Below are positions 10,201 through 19,313 of a stretch of 34,116 nt of DNA, one piece after another (position 1 is the stretch's first letter; the number at the start of each line of letters is the position of its first letter). A program made the position numbers and the translations under genes. The notes under the pieces were generated by a model. It was not told the DNA's origin. It was given only the letters and a program-made list of their open reading frames with translations, and ran no database searches. Where the stretch lies: the NCBI RefSeq assembly GCF_000372725.1, contig NW_005201191.1:293882-327997 (forward strand), written 5' to 3'. The stretch comes from Emiliania huxleyi CCMP1516 (Eukaryota).

Positions 10201-12302
10201 TGCCTGAAGGCCTCGACGCACTCGGCGTGGCCCTTCTCCTTGGCCCACTGCAGCGCCGTCATGCCGCTCGGGGTGCGCGCCGCGGTGTCTGCGCCCGCCC
10301 GCAGCAAGCGCCGCACGACGGCGGGGTGGTTGAAGAGGGCGGCGAGCATCAGCGCGGTGCTGCCGTCGCTCGTCTGCAGGTTGACATCAGCGCCGTGCTG
10401 CAGCAACAGGTCGACCACCCGCTCGTGGCCGCTGTAGGCGGCGAGCATCAGTGCGGTGTAGCCGCCGCTGTCTTGCAGGTTGACCTCAGCGCCGCGCCGT
10501 ATCAGCAAGTCGACCACCCGCTCGTGGCCGTAGAAGGCGGCATCAATAAGCGCGGTGGCGCCATCGCTGCACTGGTGGTTGATCTCCGCGCCGTGCTGCA
10601 GCAGCAACTCGACCACCCACTCGTGGCCATAGTGGGCGGCGCCCATCAGCAGCGTGAGGCCGCTCACATCATCTCTCTCGTACGTCGCGTCGGCCCGCCC
10701 GCCGCTGTCGAGCCACGCCAGCACCGCCTCCTCCTCGCCATGCTCAGCCGCTGCCGCGACCGCATCGGGGGCTGCCGCGGCACCGCTCGACGCCTGCTCC
10801 GCCGCCACCGCTGGAGATAGCGGATTCGCGACTCTCGATCCAGCCGAGGAAGCGCCGCCGGAGGAAGCGCCGCCGGAGGAAGCGCCGCCTGCGCCCGCGC
10901 CGCCGGCTGCCGCCGCCGTGGGCCGTCCCGCCACGACCGACTCCTTGACGTGCTGCCTGAAGGCCTCGACGCACTCGGCGTAGCCCTTCTCCTTGGCAAC
11001 CTGCAGCGCCGTCATGCCGCTCGGGGTGCGCGCCGCCGTGTCTGCGCCCGCCCGCAGCAAGCGCCGCACGACGGCGGGGTGGTTGAAGAGGGCGGCGTCC
11101 ATCAGCGCGGTGTAGCCGTCGCTGTCCATCAGGTTGACCTTAGCGCCGTGCCGCAGCAGCAGCTCGACCAGCCGCTCGTGGCCGTAGCGGGCGGCGCCCA
11201 TCAGTAGCGTGAGGCCGCTCGCCCCACTTCCCTCGTACGTCGCGTCGGCCCGCCCGCCGCCCTCGAGCCACGCCAGCACCGCCTCCTCGTCGCCTCGCCC
11301 AACCGCTGCCACGACCGCATCGGGGGCTGCCGCGACACCGCTCGACGCCTGCTCCGCCGCCACCGCTGGAGATAGCGTCTTCGCGACTCTCGATCCAGCC
11401 GAGGAAGCGCCGCCGGAGGAAGCGCCGCCTGCGCCTTCAGAGCCGGCTGCCGCCGCAATGGGCCGTCCCGCCACGACCGCCTCCTTGACGTGCTGCCTGA
11501 AGGCCTCGACGCACTCGACGTGGCCCTTCTCCTTGGCCCAATGCAGCGCCGTCCTGCCGTTCGCACTGCGCGCCGCCGTGTCTGCGCCCGCCCGCAGCAA
11601 GCGCCGCACGACAGCGGGGCGGTTGAGGCTGGCGGCGCACATCAGGGCGGTGAAGCCGTCGCTGTCCTGCAACTTGATCTCCGCGCCGTGCCGTATCAGC
11701 AAATCGACCACCCGCTCGTGGCCTTGGTGGGCGGCGCACATCAGCGCGGTGAAGCCCGAGCGGCTCTGCAGGTTGAGCTCCGCGCCACGCCGAATCAGCA
11801 AGTCGACCACACGCTCCTGGCCGTTGAGGGCGGCGCCCATGAGCGCGGTGCCGCCATTGCTGCTCTGCAGGTTGATCTCGGCGCCGCGCTGCAGCAGCAG
11901 CTCGATCACCCGCTCGTGGCCGTGGAGGGCGGCGCTCCTCAGCAGCGTCATGCCGCTCACGCCGCCTCTCTCGTACGTCGCGTCGACCCGCCCGCCACTG
12001 TCAAGCCACGCCAGCACCGCCTCCTCGTCGCCTCGCTCAGACGCTGCCACGACCGCATCGGGGGCTGCCACGACACCGCTCGACGCCTGCTCCGCCGCCG
12101 CCACTGGTCGCAACCTCTCCGGCCGCACCCGCACGCTCTCGCCGCTTCCCTCGAGCGCCACCACGTACCGGTCGCCCTCAAAGCTCCGCGCCACGCCCCG
12201 CTTCCCGTTTAGCTCGGGACGGGAAGAGAGCCCGCCAAGCTCGACGCGCTGCCCAAGCAGCGGCGCGTCGGTAGGCGACGTGCCACACATCGACTCAGGC
12301 AT
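7284..12302 (-). CDS. Intronless multidomain protein: small N-terminal beta-rich module, four ankyrin-repeat blocks, Ala/Glu-rich coiled coil, IRAK/Pelle-like Ser/Thr kinase, C3HC4 RING, RGG tail (~1672 aa)
   Basis: First ATG at 12302. Ankyrin consensus G.TALM.AA..GHE.VV.LL...GA.IN is repeated many times. Kinase motifs: VPLDELIAATDGF..RKVGEGGFGRVY, FAVK, HRDVSAGNILL, ADVGLAR, GKPGYMD, TDGFALG. RING: CDLC...CGHALYCETC...CPAC. Confidence 0.9.
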   Translation of the reverse strand: MPESMCGTSPTDAPLLGQRVELGGLSSRPELNGKRGVARSFEGDRYVVALEGSGESVRVRPERLRPVAAAEQASSGVVAAPDAVVAASERGDEEAVLAWLDSGGRVDATYERGGVSGMTLLRSAALHGHERVIELLLQRGAEINLQSSNGGTALMGAALNGQERVVDLLIRRGAELNLQSRSGFTALMCAAHQGHERVVDLLIRHGAEIKLQDSDGFTALMCAASLNRPAVVRRLLRAGADTAARSANGRTALHWAKEKGHVECVEAFRQHVKEAVVAGRPIAAAAGSEGAGGASSGGASSAGSRVAKTLSPAVAAEQASSGVAAAPDAVVAAVGRGDEEAVLAWLEGGGRADATYEGSGASGLTLLMGAARYGHERLVELLLRHGAKVNLMDSDGYTALMDAALFNHPAVVRRLLRAGADTAARTPSGMTALQVAKEKGYAECVEAFRQHVKESVVAGRPTAAAAGGAGAGGASSGGASSGGASSAGSRVANPLSPAVAAEQASSGAAAAPDAVAAAAEHGEEEAVLAWLDSGGRADATYERDDVSGLTLLMGAAHYGHEWVVELLLQHGAEINHQCSDGATALIDAAFYGHERVVDLLIRRGAEVNLQDSGGYTALMLAAYSGHERVVDLLLQHGADVNLQTSDGSTALMLAALFNHPAVVRRLLRAGADTAARTPSGMTALQWAKEKGHAECVEAFRQHVKESVVAGRPTAAAAGGAGAGGASSGGSAGSRVAKTPSPAVAAEQASSGAAAVSEAVVQAVERGEEEAVLAWLDAGGRVNATYEGIEVSGLTLLMGAANHGHERVVELLIRRGAEINQQNSNGNTALMGAATNGHERVVELLLQRGAEINLQSSSGGTALIFAAGQGHERVVDLLIRHGAEVNLQNSVGLTALMCAASSGHERVVELLIRRGAEVNLQSSDSGTALMCAALQGHERVVDLLLRHGAEIDLQDSVGLTALMYASMSGHSAVVRRLLRAGADTAAYGKTALQWAKEMGHAECVRALEEHSSTAAEAERETAVAESAEQAAEAAREAAAAAEAAEARDAAEAALREAVEACGRGDAGLEALRAAINANVDAANGSEALRAARQLRDDMAERRTREARALKRQRQKEEKAAARQAAEEARAADEARAAEAAAEARAAEEAEAASRAREEAEARAREEAAREREEARMRAEAEAAAAAEAAAEAAEAAAEAAAVEAAVAAVAAAEAQEAAAAEAVAAAAAAAAASAAASVAALAAAAAPPAAVPLDELIAATDGFAEARKVGEGGFGRVYRCDALPSLPRVAYGFAVKTALVGVGAQGLAELQSEVRTLSAACHPSLLPLLGVCLAPARACLVYPLCRGGSLEDRLYRTPAALQRLRMLGFETPPPPLSSAARLRVLRDAASALHYLHTRSPMILHRDVSAGNILLDERGNGYLADVGLARAAEATAGSNGLVSHLSTQRIFGKPGYMDSIIMHDNQASQLTDGFALGITLLVSLTGRGAVGLLNACDDALEEPDTAKEGIAAADAGWSAAQAEELVRLVVGLAYERKKKRMPLAEALPRLEALVEAAGEVEETAGAEERLCDLCYDAPRSVRFACGHALYCETCAPRVLERDSKCPACRQPALPIAAIGRLVAAQATFVYQPPSRTVPQAQPVGATAAVGRRGGRGGRGRGGRGGRGAGRGGSA

Positions 12303-13886
12303 TTCGGCCTGCTGGCGCGCCGATAGAAGTGTGAAGATATTCTTTGGATACAAGCCTCTCTCAGAGAGAGAGAGAGAGAGAGACACCTACTGCCGCGGTC
12401 TTCCGCGGGGGGAGCTGCGTCGACGGGTGCGGGACCGCGGCGCAGCCAGTGCCGCGGCGAGGCCTCCGGCTGTTTGCGGCGGGCGGCTTGCTGCTCGCTG
12501 CATGTGGCGAAAAACTCGTCTCGCCACACGCCAAGGGCTTATGCTCTGGCGAGACGTGAGGCGCATGCGCCCAGGAGGGGAGGGGGCATGTGTAACGACA
12601 CTGCTAGAGATGCCTTTCGGGGCCCAGAGATAAAACTTCTGTGATGCCATGCGTGACCTAGTAGTGTCCCCAGCTATGGGCGTGTCCACGTTGGAGCCAG
12701 GTGTGGTGTGGGCGCGAGAATAGCTCCGCCGTTCATGGAGGCAACCGATGCGAGTCGACTGGTGTGTGTCGTCGTGGTTTCGTATCAAGAATTCTCTCTC
12801 TAAGCCTCTCTCACAGCACACTCTTGACGACACACTCCCAGGCGCCCGCCGATGAAGCTGGGAGGATGTATGGAGGAATGGTAATGACCTCTCCGGATTG
12901 GTTGAGCCCCGGCATCGACGGCGGGAAGAGGGAGGATCCCCGCCCCTATCCCTCAGTTTAATCCCCGACAGATCACGACCCCCTCGGAGGGGGCCGGGCG
13001 AGGCGTACCCCGAGGGCCCCGCTCTTTCCCAGCAGCGGCGCGCGCGCGCACACACAAAGACGTTGCCCCCTCACACCCCGCACCGCACATCACACACCCC
13101 TCGTGGCCGTTCTTCAGTCTGCGGCCAGGGCGCGCTGCACCGGGCCAACCTGCGGCCGTCGCTACGAGCGGCGGGGCTCACCGCGGGGCAGCGCGCCGAC
13201 GACGTCGAATGCGCCGCCGTGGCATCGCGGCGCCGACGACCAGGCTCAGAGGATGACCCCGGGTAAGCGTTCCCGTGCCTCGACAACTGCCGCTGGTAGG
13301 CGCGCCGCGCCGAACCATGGCGGGCGCGCCGCGGCCGCGCGCAACCTTCGTCACAATGCCAACCGCGCGCGGCCGTCGACCGGCAAGCACACGCCTCGAC
13401 TCGGACGCGGTGTTCAAAGGGCAAGGGAGAGGGGCTGGCTCCTAGCCCGAGAGGGGAGCTTCCGAGACCCACTACATGACCACGCACGCATCATCCCGCG
13501 GCCTGGCGGTCGGCGGGATTGCAATCAGTCTTCGCGTGCCGCCTGTCGTTCGCTCGGGCGCTTTGGGCGTCGGGGTGGCGAGCAGGGGACGCGGCTCTGA
13601 GCGCCCAGCGACGCGTGCCGGATGGAGTCCGGCCGCGGGTGACTAGGGAACTTCGCTCAGGATGTGTGGCAGTCAGTTTGGCTGAGTGTCCTGTCTTGTG
13701 GTTCTGTGTGTCGCTCCTGTGTGACCGTCATCGCCCGTCTAGCGTCCACCCATACCGCGTTGGTGTCCCAGTCGTTGGTCGGACTGTGTTTCGCCTTCCC
13801 ATCAATCAATCAAGCACACTGGCACGACAAGGGCGCGGACTGGCGCGGACTGGCACACACTCACACCGGCTCACCACCGGAGCCGC

Positions 13887-14190
13887 CTAAGCGACTCCGT
13901 TAAGAACGGCAATGCACTCCGCACCATGCACAATGCCGCTCTCCCCGCACGCTAGCTCGTTCACCGTCTGCCACGCCACGGCGGTGGGGAGGACGACAGA
14001 CAAGCGCTGCATCTGCAGCCCGTGCCAGTTCTTGGTGGTCCATGTGACCTCATCGAGGTGCTGAGCGTGCGAAAGTTTGTTGCTCAGCTGGTTCGCCGCC
14101 TCCCTCAGGGTGCTGCGAACCTCCTTTCCAAAGCCTCCGAAAGCCTCAAAATCAAACAAACGTAGATCGCAATCCTGCTCCCTGAAGTGT
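13887..14190 (-). pseudogene. Degenerate C-terminal fragment of an RLE-type non-LTR retrotransposon ORF
   Basis: FDFEAFGGFGKEVRSTLREAA...QMQRLSVVL..AVAW resembles the E-x-x-G-G-x-G...Q-R-L-S-V-x-L tail after the restriction-like endonuclease of R2/CRE-type elements. There is no ATG start and there is an upstream stop. Confidence 0.55.
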
Positions 14191-14232
14191 GAAGAATTCT
14201 ACATAAGATATAAGCCCACCGCTCTTTTACTC

Positions 14233-14300
14233 GTTTATTCACGAGGCGACCCCAGGGAACCTGGGCGTCTAGGTTTCCTAGGGGCGTGCTGTGAATAAAC
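14233..14300. mobile_element. 68-bp imperfect palindrome (MITE-like hairpin)
   Basis: Perfect 10-bp terminal inverted repeat GTTTATTCAC...GTGAATAAAC. The inner arms CCCC-AGGGAACCT / AGGTTTCCT-A-GGGG also pair. Confidence 0.6.
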
Positions 14301-15786
14301 AGCGAAGAAGACGCCTGATATAAGCCCTCTCACAGCAGACTGGCTCGGACTGGCGCTACAAATGGCACAGCAGGCAGGCGACGGCCCCTTACGGGTCGTC
14401 AAAGAGGCCGGCGTGTGAAGAACAGTCGCGCGGACTGGACACCAGCGCGGTAGGGTGGACGCGAGACAGATGTGATGACGACAAGCTCGAGCGACACACA
14501 GACACAAACGAGCTCACAAGACACAGCCAGAGATCGCACGCCGTGGCATATGACTTGGGGGTAGGCGTGCGACCGCAGCGCGCCCGCCGTAAGCTCGACG
14601 GGGCGCGCGTGCCAGCTAGAAGTTTGCCAGTTGAAGCAAGCTCTCTGCTGAACAAGCTCCTCGGAGGAGAAAGACATGAGCTCGGAGGAGCGCATCGCAG
14701 TGCTCAAGGCTGGCATGGCGGCATTCGGCCTTGACGACGACTTCAACACTCCAGAGCTGAGGGCCACGATGAGCGAAATCTTCGAATCTGTGGCGAGCGG
14801 CGGCTGCCACGATTCAATTCTTAACTTCGGCCGCGAAGCAGTCCAAAAGCAGCGTGCGCGTGAGCAACTGAGAGCCGAGCGAGCAGCCGCGCCGGAGCGC
14901 CCGCCCGCCCCACCGCACAAGGCGGCCGCGCCCATTCCCCGGCCCCCTGTCGAGGTGCCGGGCCGCGGGCCGGGGCGCTGTCAATGATTCCTCCGATGTG
15001 GGAATGTTTTTTGTTAGATTATAAAGGGGAAGGACCCTCAGTTGACCAGGGGTTGTGCGCCGGGCCCTCCCCTGCTCGCGGTCGGCTCCAGCCAGTAGAC
15101 AAGTATTGTCATCAACAGAGTAGAAGGATCTGACCTCGGGGCCGATGTGACCAAGCGCTGGTAGCGTGGTTTAACCTCACACCCATGGTCTCACAGTGTG
15201 CCGGCAGTCGCCGAGCACTGTCGCTCACACAAGCCGCAGCACAAGTGACTGAGCAGTCTGAGGGCCAGTGTGCAGTGAGGGCGAGCCCATCGCTGTCACA
15301 GCTGTGGCAGCCGCACAGTAGGCTGTGCCATCTGTGCAGAGCATGCGAGCAGCAGAGGAGCTGCTCTCCAGGCTTCAGGCGCAAAGAGCTGCATGCCACC
15401 GAAGGCGCTGTCGAGGTTCGCCGAGCGCGGCGAAATCCGGCGGGACACGGGAGGGGACACCGTCACCGACGAGGACGTGCGACGAGTGCGTTGGACTTTT
15501 CACTCCGGACAAAGACGGCTACACGCACACGAGCCGCGGTCGTGTAGCCGTCTTGGCGGCGAGGCGCGGGACCGTCTGTGGCGAGTGTGGGTCGCGTCCC
15601 CGGATTTCCTCAACTCACGGTCCTTCACCCGTACGTCAGCACATATTGGCGAGAATTTGGCCACTCGTTCCCGCATAGCACCCTAGCAGCTAGTGAGATC
15701 ATGCCCGCGGCGCGGTAATTGTCTCAAGTCATTTTCTCTTGCTACCCACCACGACCACAGCTCTGGGCCACCTTGCACCCCAAGTT

Positions 15787-16185
15787 TCATTTGTCCTTGC
15801 TCCCCGCCACGGCCGCGGCGGCGGGCTGGTGCGTGGCAGCGAGGTAGGCAAAAGTGAGGCCGACCGAGCCATGGATGCTAGCCCCTCCCAAGTCCGCCCC
15901 CGACGGCGCGGCGGCCAGCATCCAGATGGAGGACAAATGAAAGCACGAACAGAAGGCGAGGAGCAGCTTCGCGTTCGATGCATGCGGGTCAGCGACAAGG
16001 ACGGCTCCGACTAACGCGACGAGCAGCAGCAGGATGCCGACGCATCGCATGTTATGCGGGTGGTTGCGAGCGACATCTGAATGCAGGGGGACGCCCTCGA
16101 AGACTCCGGGGCGCGCGCAGGCGACTATGCCGCCGATGCCCTCCATGAGGATGTGCAGGACGACCATTCCGTAAAACAGCTTCAT
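15787..16185 (-). CDS. Small integral membrane protein, about 4 TM helices (132 aa), unknown function
   Basis: ATG at 16185 (MKLFYGMVVLHILMEGIGG...). Four hydrophobic stretches, several with embedded His/Glu. Confidence 0.7.
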   Translation of the reverse strand: MKLFYGMVVLHILMEGIGGIVACARPGVFEGVPLHSDVARNHPHNMRCVGILLLLVALVGAVLVADPHASNAKLLLAFCSCFHLSSIWMLAAAPSGADLGGASIHGSVGLTFAYLAATHQPAAAAVAGSKDK

Positions 16186-16956
16186 GGTCGGGGTCTGGCG
16201 GACGGAGCGGGCGAGTGAGATAGGTGGCCCGCAAGCGACGCGCTGCAGCGTGAGGGCGAGGCGCGAGCGCGACAGGGCGAGAGCGCGCGCGGCGCAGGCA
16301 GGCACAAGTGCAGGGGCCAGCCCACCTGTGTGTCCGCCACGGCGTCTCGTACAAAAAAGACAAGCAGGAGGGACCGCGGGGGAATCTCGAGGTTCTCGAG
16401 GTGGATATCCTTTGGCCGCGTTGGGTAGCGTCTCGTACAGAAGAAGTATTTGCCAAGGTCCCCATTCATGGATGTGAGGCTACCGACTGCACTCCAAGTG
16501 CTCCAAGAGGCCTCACTCATTCAAACAACTCAAAACAACAAATATTGCTAAAAATCGAACAACTCTAACACTCACACGTAATTTGGGGCCTGGATGCACT
16601 CTGTTCGAAGTCGTCTGTGACCAGAAGTCGAGAGTCGTCACGGTTGTTGAGAGTCCTTCGGCTAGAGTACAGTACATATGTATATAAAGAGTGCAGTACA
16701 GTCATGGCGCGGTGTTAAGAATTTAAACAAAAGAACTCTCTCGGTGTTAAGAAAACAGGAAATCTGAGTATCCTATTTCTTAGAATAAAATATTGAGAGA
16801 ACTAGAACACTGGTACGCCCCGCGTAAAATGGTGCCAGAGTAAGTCCTTAGGATACGGTGGAGCGGGGTGTGAAGTATGACTCTGTGAACGAGTTGATCA
16901 TGACCCTACTGTGTGAATTCGCGGAGCGAAGAAAATTGTATACATTTTTGGAGCTT

Positions 16957-17062
16957 GGAATACGGCGTATACCGTATTCCATGGAATACGTGGAATACGG
17001 GTGGAATACGGCAGAATACAGGCCTCTGGGAGGTCATTTGGAATACGTGGAAAACGTATTCA
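16957..17062. repeat. Cluster of GGAATACG motifs in direct and inverted orientation
   Basis: GGAATACGG-CGTATA-CCGTATTCC palindrome followed by several GGAATACG copies. Confidence 0.7.
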
Positions 17063-17730
17063 GACAGTAGGATCATGACCGGTTGGCTTCCCGAGGTCGG
17101 GAAGATGCGGTAATGTCGGCAAGCATGCCGGTCGGTCGTGCGTTAGGAGCGAGATCGGTCGTTGCGACCTCGGAGGGCGCGAAGGCCTCGGAGGCCGTTT
17201 GAGGGGGCGGAGGGCGCTTCGGGCTTCGGCGCGAAGGCGACAGGCGAGGTCGGCACGCGCGACTGAGCGGTCGTTTACTGACCGCACTCCAAGTGCTCCA
17301 AGGTCGGTGAGGACCGTACGGGTGCGAGAGGGGGCGGGAGGGGACCGGTCGCGCGTTACACGCAGGGGGAGGTCGAGATCGAGCCGAGATGGGGTCGAGG
17401 TGGGAGTCGAGGTCGGGTCGAGCTCCGAGGTCGGGTCGAGATTTGGATGAGGTCCGGATCAAGTCTTCTGGTGTGTGGAACTTTTGATGAAATTTGATGA
17501 AAGTGGGAAGTTTCCGGGAAGTCCAGACTACACTCATGAAAATCGTTAATATGATGCGGCGTCTTTTTCTTCTTTTTTGAGAGCGCCTTCGTTGTTAATA
17601 ATAATAAGGAGAAGGAGGAGAAGGAGGAGACCAGACTATTCTTCTTTCGTGTGCTGTGAGAGGCTTGTGGTTAAGAATTCTTCTTTCGTTTTCGGAGAAT
17701 TCTTTCGAACATGAGGGCGCACTTGCACAC

Positions 17731-19080
17731 ATGAGAGGCGCCATCGGCCCAACCCAGCTCGCCGACCTGGCTCGGGGCGACCTGGCCTCGCTGCGCGCCC
17801 TCCTCTCCGGGCGGCGGACGCGCGGCACGTCGCTCGCGGCCCAGCTCGACGAGCGGCACGACACCGACAAGCAGGACACGCTGCTCACCTGGGCCGCTCG
17901 TCACGGGCAGGCCGAGGCGGCGCGGCTGCTGCTCGAGGGCGGCGCGAGCGTCGGGGTGACGACTGGCGGCGGCGGCGCTTCAGCGCTGTACATCGCGTGC
18001 CAGGAGGGCCAGCTTGAGTGCGTCCGGCTGCTCCTCGAGGCTGGCGCGGCGGTCAACCAAGCCGAGGGGCAAGGCGCCACGCCGCTGTTCGCCGCGTGCC
18101 AGGAAGGCCACGTCCAGTGCGCCCGGCTGCTTCTTGAGGCTGGCGCAGCGGTGAACCAAGCCGACGGTGATGGCTTCACGCCGCTGTACGTTGCGTGCCA
18201 GGAGGGCCAGCTCGAGTGCGCCCAGCTGCTGCGCGACGCTGGCGCTAACATCAACCAGGCCGATGAGGAAGGTACCACGCCGCTGTACATCGCGTGCCAG
18301 CACGGCCACCTCGAGTGCGTTCGGCTTCTTCTCGAGGCGGGCGCAGCGGTAAGCCAAGCCCTGAATGGCGGCGCCACGCCGCTGTACATCGCGTGCCGCT
18401 TTGGCCATCTCGAGGTCGCCAAGCTTCTTCTCGAGGCGGGCGCAGCGGTAAGCCAAGCCCTGAATGGCGGCGCCACGCCGCTGTACATCGCGTGCCGCTT
18501 TGGCCATCTCGAGGTCGCCAAGCTTCTTCTCGAGGCGGGCGCGGCGATCGACCAAGCCCGCAACGACGGCTCCACGCCGCTGCTCATAGCATGCTTCAAG
18601 GGCCACCTCGAGGTCGCCAAGCTCCTCTCCTCCTACGGCGCCTCCCGCGCCGCTACGCCCTTCGGCACGCCCGAGGAGGCCGCAACCGAAGATGGCCACG
18701 CCGACCTCGCCGCCTGGCTGGTCGCCAGCCGCGGCTGGACGCCGCTCGCGCACCTTGAGACCCTCACCGCCACCCGCGCCACCTCCCTCCTGCGCGGCGG
18801 CGCAAGCTTGCACGAGGGCGAGCCGACGCCGCTGCAGCGCGCCGCGGGCGGCGCGGGCGAGGCGGCGGCGCTGATCCGGCGGGCGGCGGCGCCGTGGTCG
18901 CCGGCAAGCCACTCGCTCTTCCCCGCGGCGGCCCGCGCGCGGGCGGCGCTCCTCGTCCGCTCGATCTACGAGATCCACGAGCGGTACCACCTCGACTCGG
19001 CTGGAGCCACGAACGGCATCGCGGCGCTCGACTTTGGCCACTGCGTCTTGGGCTTCGCCATCGCGCGCGAGACGCAGTAG
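17731..19080 (+). CDS. Intronless ankyrin-repeat protein (~8 repeats) with a C-terminal domain of unknown function (449 aa)
   Basis: First ATG in the ORF is at 17731. G.TPLYIAC..GHLE...LLLEAGA.V repeats. Exact 99-bp duplication at 18325-18522. Confidence 0.9.
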   Translation: MRGAIGPTQLADLARGDLASLRALLSGRRTRGTSLAAQLDERHDTDKQDTLLTWAARHGQAEAARLLLEGGASVGVTTGGGGASALYIACQEGQLECVRLLLEAGAAVNQAEGQGATPLFAACQEGHVQCARLLLEAGAAVNQADGDGFTPLYVACQEGQLECAQLLRDAGANINQADEEGTTPLYIACQHGHLECVRLLLEAGAAVSQALNGGATPLYIACRFGHLEVAKLLLEAGAAVSQALNGGATPLYIACRFGHLEVAKLLLEAGAAIDQARNDGSTPLLIACFKGHLEVAKLLSSYGASRAATPFGTPEEAATEDGHADLAAWLVASRGWTPLAHLETLTATRATSLLRGGASLHEGEPTPLQRAAGGAGEAAALIRRAAAPWSPASHSLFPAAARARAALLVRSIYEIHERYHLDSAGATNGIAALDFGHCVLGFAIARETQ

Positions 19081-19313
19081 CTGAGGCATGGCGTGCGCCC
19101 GTGTTGCCGCAGGTGGCGGCGCGCGAGGCGACATAAAGAGCCCTGATCGCGGCCAGTGCTTCGGTGCGTGAGTGTGCCGCACGATGCTCTGCGGTGTATC
19201 GACTCTCTTGTATCCTCCCTTGTCCTCGGATTTTCCACGCGATCGTCGATGTACACGCGAACAGAGACACGTTGGCAACAAGAAAAAACAAATGCTCCAG
19301 CTTGTCGCACAAG

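Noticed and set aside
12303..12386. Upstream extension of the 1700-aa ORF from a non-ATG start
   Set aside because: It runs through a (GA)n microsatellite. The first ATG at 12302 is the more plausible eukaryotic start.
7209..12633. Numerous plus-strand and alternate-frame ORFs over the ankyrin-kinase gene
   Set aside because: Shadow ORFs of a very GC-rich coding region with no recognisable motifs.
14676..14987. 103-aa ORF MSSEERIAVLKAG...
   Set aside because: Plausibly a coding fragment, but no family motif or supportable gene model.
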